Assembly (NCBI GenBank): GCA_963703225.1
Contig: OY969801.1
Span: 2,048,001-2,112,000 of the forward strand
DNA: 64,000 nt
Direction: 5' to 3'
Source: Candidatus Eiseniibacteriota bacterium
GTDB lineage: Bacteria > Eisenbacteria > RBG-16-71-46 > SZUA-252
The translations under genes were made by a program, and so were the position numbers. Shown in pieces: positions 61,369 to 64,000 of this stretch (positions within the stretch are counted from its first letter, which is position 1; the number at the start of each line of letters is the position of its first letter). Below the pieces are notes generated by a model. The model had not been told where the DNA came from. It searched no databases and worked only from the letters and a program-made list of their open reading frames with translations.

Positions 61369-61785
61369 TTAGCCGACGCGGGGCTCCCGCTTGATCCAGA
61401 TCCCCTGGCGCTCCTTGAGCTGGAGGCTCGGCGCACCCGGCTCGCGGACGCTCTCGTAGTGCCCCAGGAGAAGCTTCTTGAGCTCCGGATACTCCTGAGT
61501 GGGAAAGTACCGGCTCACCCGGCCAAACATTTCGTCCTTTTCCGAGTAACGCAGGAGCGTTACCTCGGTCACGCGCTCGTACTGCTCGTTGCCGTACGCC
61601 GCTTCCGGGTTCTCGTCGACGTCGATCCAGAGTGACGCCACGTTCGACGTTACCTCGAACGAGTGCTTGGTGCGCATGAGGAACTCCCAGAGGCCGAAGA
61701 TCTCGAGCGGGACGTAGCGCACCGTCCCGCCTTTCGGATTCCCGGGTCGTCGGATCTCGCAACGCACAAGCTTCTGGCTCGCCAT
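61369..61785 (-). CDS. Hypothetical cytoplasmic protein (138 aa)
   Basis: Strong GC3 codon bias and ordinary globular composition (MASQKLVRCEIRR...YVPLEIFGLWEFLM...RYFP); family not recognised. Confidence 0.8.
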   Translation of the reverse strand: MASQKLVRCEIRRPGNPKGGTVRYVPLEIFGLWEFLMRTKHSFEVTSNVASLWIDVDENPEAAYGNEQYERVTEVTLLRYSEKDEMFGRVSRYFPTQEYPELKKLLLGHYESVREPGAPSLQLKERQGIWIKREPRVG

Positions 61786-61821
61786 CTTTCGCCCCCCGCC
61801 TTCGCCGCGGTAGACCCACCG

Positions 61822-61837
61822 TGGCATGGGTGTTGCA
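61822..61837 (+). promoter_or_regulatory. Sigma54 -24/-12 promoter
   Basis: TGGCATGGGTGTTGCA, close to the consensus TGGCAC-N5-TTGCA. Confidence 0.72.
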
Positions 61838-61925
61838 GCTACGAATCTAGTGTAGCGCAGACCCGGCCACCCCTCGCTCGGGTCGAACATCACCAACCGC
61901 AGGGCCTGGGCCCGGGAGTTGAGCG

Positions 61926-62123
61926 ATGAAGCGAGCCACGACGTCACCCGCCCCATGGTTTCTCGCGCGCCGAGCGCCGGAAGTCTATTGCCGGCGCGAC
62001 AATCGCGTCTACCCATTCTGTCCGCACGCCGCGGAGGGGAAAACCTGCCCCTGCCTTCAGGCGCTCGAAACCGCGGACGGGCTCTTCGAGCCGAAATCCA
62101 CGGACGAGGAATCTCTCCCCTAA
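61926..62123 (+). CDS. Small Cys/His-rich hypothetical protein (65 aa)
   Basis: GGGAG RBS, ATG start, upstream sigma54 site and downstream hairpin; C-x9-CPH-x6-CPC. Confidence 0.55.
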   Translation: MKRATTSPAPWFLARRAPEVYCRRDNRVYPFCPHAAEGKTCPCLQALETADGLFEPKSTDEESLP

Positions 62124-62230
62124 GGCGCGGCTGGATCGATCCACCCCTGGGTGAAACTCCGCCGCCACTCTAGGCAGCGGCGGAAGCCAAGTCAACGAGA
62201 AGAGGCCGATCCCCACCCGGCCGGGCCCGC

Positions 62231-62260
62231 TTGACACCCCTCGGAAGCCTCATGTAGCGT
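62231..62260 (+). promoter_or_regulatory. Putative sigma70 promoter of the acyltransferase-glycosyltransferase operon
   Basis: TTGACA-N18-TAGCGT. Confidence 0.55.
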
Positions 62261-62267
62261 CGGACTC

Positions 62268-63188
62268 TTGTCGGCTTCCGTGGCTCTTGGATCACGCGAA
62301 TCGGCCGTGCTCCCGCGCTCCATTCTCCGAATGATTCAGATGCTCTCGTCGTCGCTGCCGGTCCCGGCCCAGCGGGCGTGCGCGCGGGCGCTCGCTGCCT
62401 TTCAGTACCGCTGGAGCCGCGAACGCCGCACCGCGGTACTCGCGAATCTCGAGCGCATCGCGGCCTCGGGCTACCCCCATCTGGCCGAACCGCGCGCCCG
62501 AGAGCGGACGGCGCGTCGGATGTTCGAGGCCCACCACCGGGGGTGGATCGAGTACCTGGGGCGGACGGCTCCGCGCGCGCGGCCCAAGGAAGCGAGCTAT
62601 CGCGTGAGCGGCACCGAGCACCTCTACCGCGCGGTCGCCGGCGGGCGGGGCGCGGTCCTCGCCTTGCCCCACCTGGGCAACTGGGAGATGTTCGGGCCCG
62701 CTCTGTTGGGGCTCGGGCTCAAGGTCCACACGGTGACCGGCGTACAGCTTCACCACAGTCTGGCCCGGGAAGTGCGGGCGCTCAAGGAGAGCGAAGGGAT
62801 TCGCGTCAACACGCCCGAGGACGGCTTCCTGCCACTCTTGAACGCGCTCCGCGGCGGCGGCATCGTGGCGCTGCTGGTGGATGGCGACATCTTCTCGCGG
62901 TCGCTCCCCACGGAGTTCTTCGGGCGTCGGATCGCCTTTCCGGCGGGCCCCGCGATCCTCGCGCGCCGAGCCAGGGTCCCGATCGTCCACGGCCACGCCG
63001 TCCGCACCGAGTCCGGCCGCCACCACATTTCCTTCGACGGACTGGACGAGCCCGACCTCTCTTTGACTCTTCAAGAAGATCTGGACCGTCTCACCGCGGG
63101 CGTCGCGCGGACACTGGAGCGGAACATCGCGGCCCACGTCGCCCAGTGGTGCATCTTCCGCCCGCTCTGGGAGACCGATGCCGCTTAA
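62268..63188 (+). CDS. Lipid A lauroyl/PatA-family acyltransferase (start may be 62331)
   Basis: PHLGNWE (Hx4E), ALLVDG, FFGR...GPAILAR, QWCIFRPLW. Confidence 0.85.
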   Translation: MSASVALGSRESAVLPRSILRMIQMLSSSLPVPAQRACARALAAFQYRWSRERRTAVLANLERIAASGYPHLAEPRARERTARRMFEAHHRGWIEYLGRTAPRARPKEASYRVSGTEHLYRAVAGGRGAVLALPHLGNWEMFGPALLGLGLKVHTVTGVQLHHSLAREVRALKESEGIRVNTPEDGFLPLLNALRGGGIVALLVDGDIFSRSLPTEFFGRRIAFPAGPAILARRARVPIVHGHAVRTESGRHHISFDGLDEPDLSLTLQEDLDRLTAGVARTLERNIAAHVAQWCIFRPLWETDAA

Positions 63189-64000
63189 GGTCGGGATCGT
63201 CACGCAGGCTTACCACCCCGCGGTGGGCGGCGTGACCGAGCACGTCGACGCCACGGCGCGGGTGCTCCGCTCCCGCGGCCATGAGGTCACCGTCGTGACC
63301 TCGCGCTTCGGTGGCGAAGCGCGTCCCGAGCCGGGAGTGGTGCGGATGGGTCGGAATCTTTCCGTCCCCTACAACGGCGCCGAGAATAACCTGACCCTCG
63401 GCCTGGGGCTCACGCGAGGCCTCGGCGGGACGTTCGCGCGGGAGCGCTTCGACGTGATCCATGTCCACTGCCCGCTTTCCCCCGTCCTGCCGCTCCTGGC
63501 GCTTCGTCTCGCCCGGTGCCCGGTGGTCGGCACGTTCCATTCGGCGCTCTCATCCGACACCCATCTGAAGTTGTTCCGGCCGGTTCTCCGCCCCTTTTAC
63601 AGGAAGATCGATCGCGTGATCGCGGTTTCGGAAACGGCGCGTCGCTGCGTGGACGCGCTATTTCCAGGGCCGATCGAGATCGTTCCCAACGGGGTGGACC
63701 TCGCGCGGTTCCGGCCAGGGCTCACGCGGCTCGAGCGATACGACGACGGTTGCCCCAACATCCTCTTCGTCGGCCGATTCGACGAGAGAAAGGGTCTGCC
63801 GGAGCTCTTGCAGGCCTGCGCCGTGCTGGCGCGCGAATCCCTTCCCTTTCGGCTGATCCTGGTGGGAGACGGACGGCTAAGACCCCAGGTCGAGCGGCTG
63901 GCGCGCGGAGCCCTCCATGGACGTGTGCACTTCGAGGGACGCGTGGGGCACGAGCGTTTGCCGCGCTTCTACGCATCGGCCGATCTCTTCTGCTCTCCGG
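63178..64000 (+). CDS. GT4 glycosyltransferase, PimA-like (runs off window)
   Basis: Manual translation: MPLKVGIVTQAYHPAVGGVTEHV...SVPYNGA...FDVIHVHCP...GTFH...VPNGVD...LFVGRFDERKGL. Confidence 0.88.
   Translation, partial: MPLKVGIVTQAYHPAVGGVTEHVDATARVLRSRGHEVTVVTSRFGGEARPEPGVVRMGRNLSVPYNGAENNLTLGLGLTRGLGGTFARERFDVIHVHCPLSPVLPLLALRLARCPVVGTFHSALSSDTHLKLFRPVLRPFYRKIDRVIAVSETARRCVDALFPGPIEIVPNGVDLARFRPGLTRLERYDDGCPNILFVGRFDERKGLPELLQACAVLARESLPFRLILVGDGRLRPQVERLARGALHGRVHFEGRVGHERLPRFYASADLFCSP

Overview
A GC-rich (~68-70%), mostly minus-strand core-genome window from a diderm bacterium. SprA, LptFG and a split HldE point to an FCB-related lineage such as Ca. Eisenbacteria (inference only). 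Gene blocks, left to right: rimP-nusA-infB-DUF503-rbfA-DHH-truB; sprA plus an M28/glutaminyl-cyclase-like lipoprotein; lptF-lptG; aroB-TPR-aroQ-accB-pilT/U-accC-comB; an ECF sigma/anti-sigma/HtrA-like module; yceD-rpmF-plsX-fabH-fabD-fabG-acpP-fabF-rnc; ArcE-like-sucC-sucD-divergent 2-oxoacid oxidoreductase (alpha/beta/gamma)-ndk; macA/macB-like; tgt-yajC-def-fmt-rsmB-PASTA-rpe-galE-hldE halves; a regulatory cluster (csrA, FliS-like, PAS kinase, sigma54 regulator, extended MglA, two sigma54 promoters); and a PatA/PimA-like pair. About 20 single-base indels break essential genes, mostly in the first 20 kb, and are best read as sequencing errors. I saw no tRNA, rRNA, CRISPR array or mobile element. 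The most interesting candidates are the 53-62 kb motility/polarity-type regulatory cluster, which includes an unannotated sigma54-driven Cys-rich small ORF, the apparently catalytically degenerate oxidoreductase and HtrA homologues, and the ArcE-like gene heading sucCD. All family calls come from motif recognition by eye; no searches were run.
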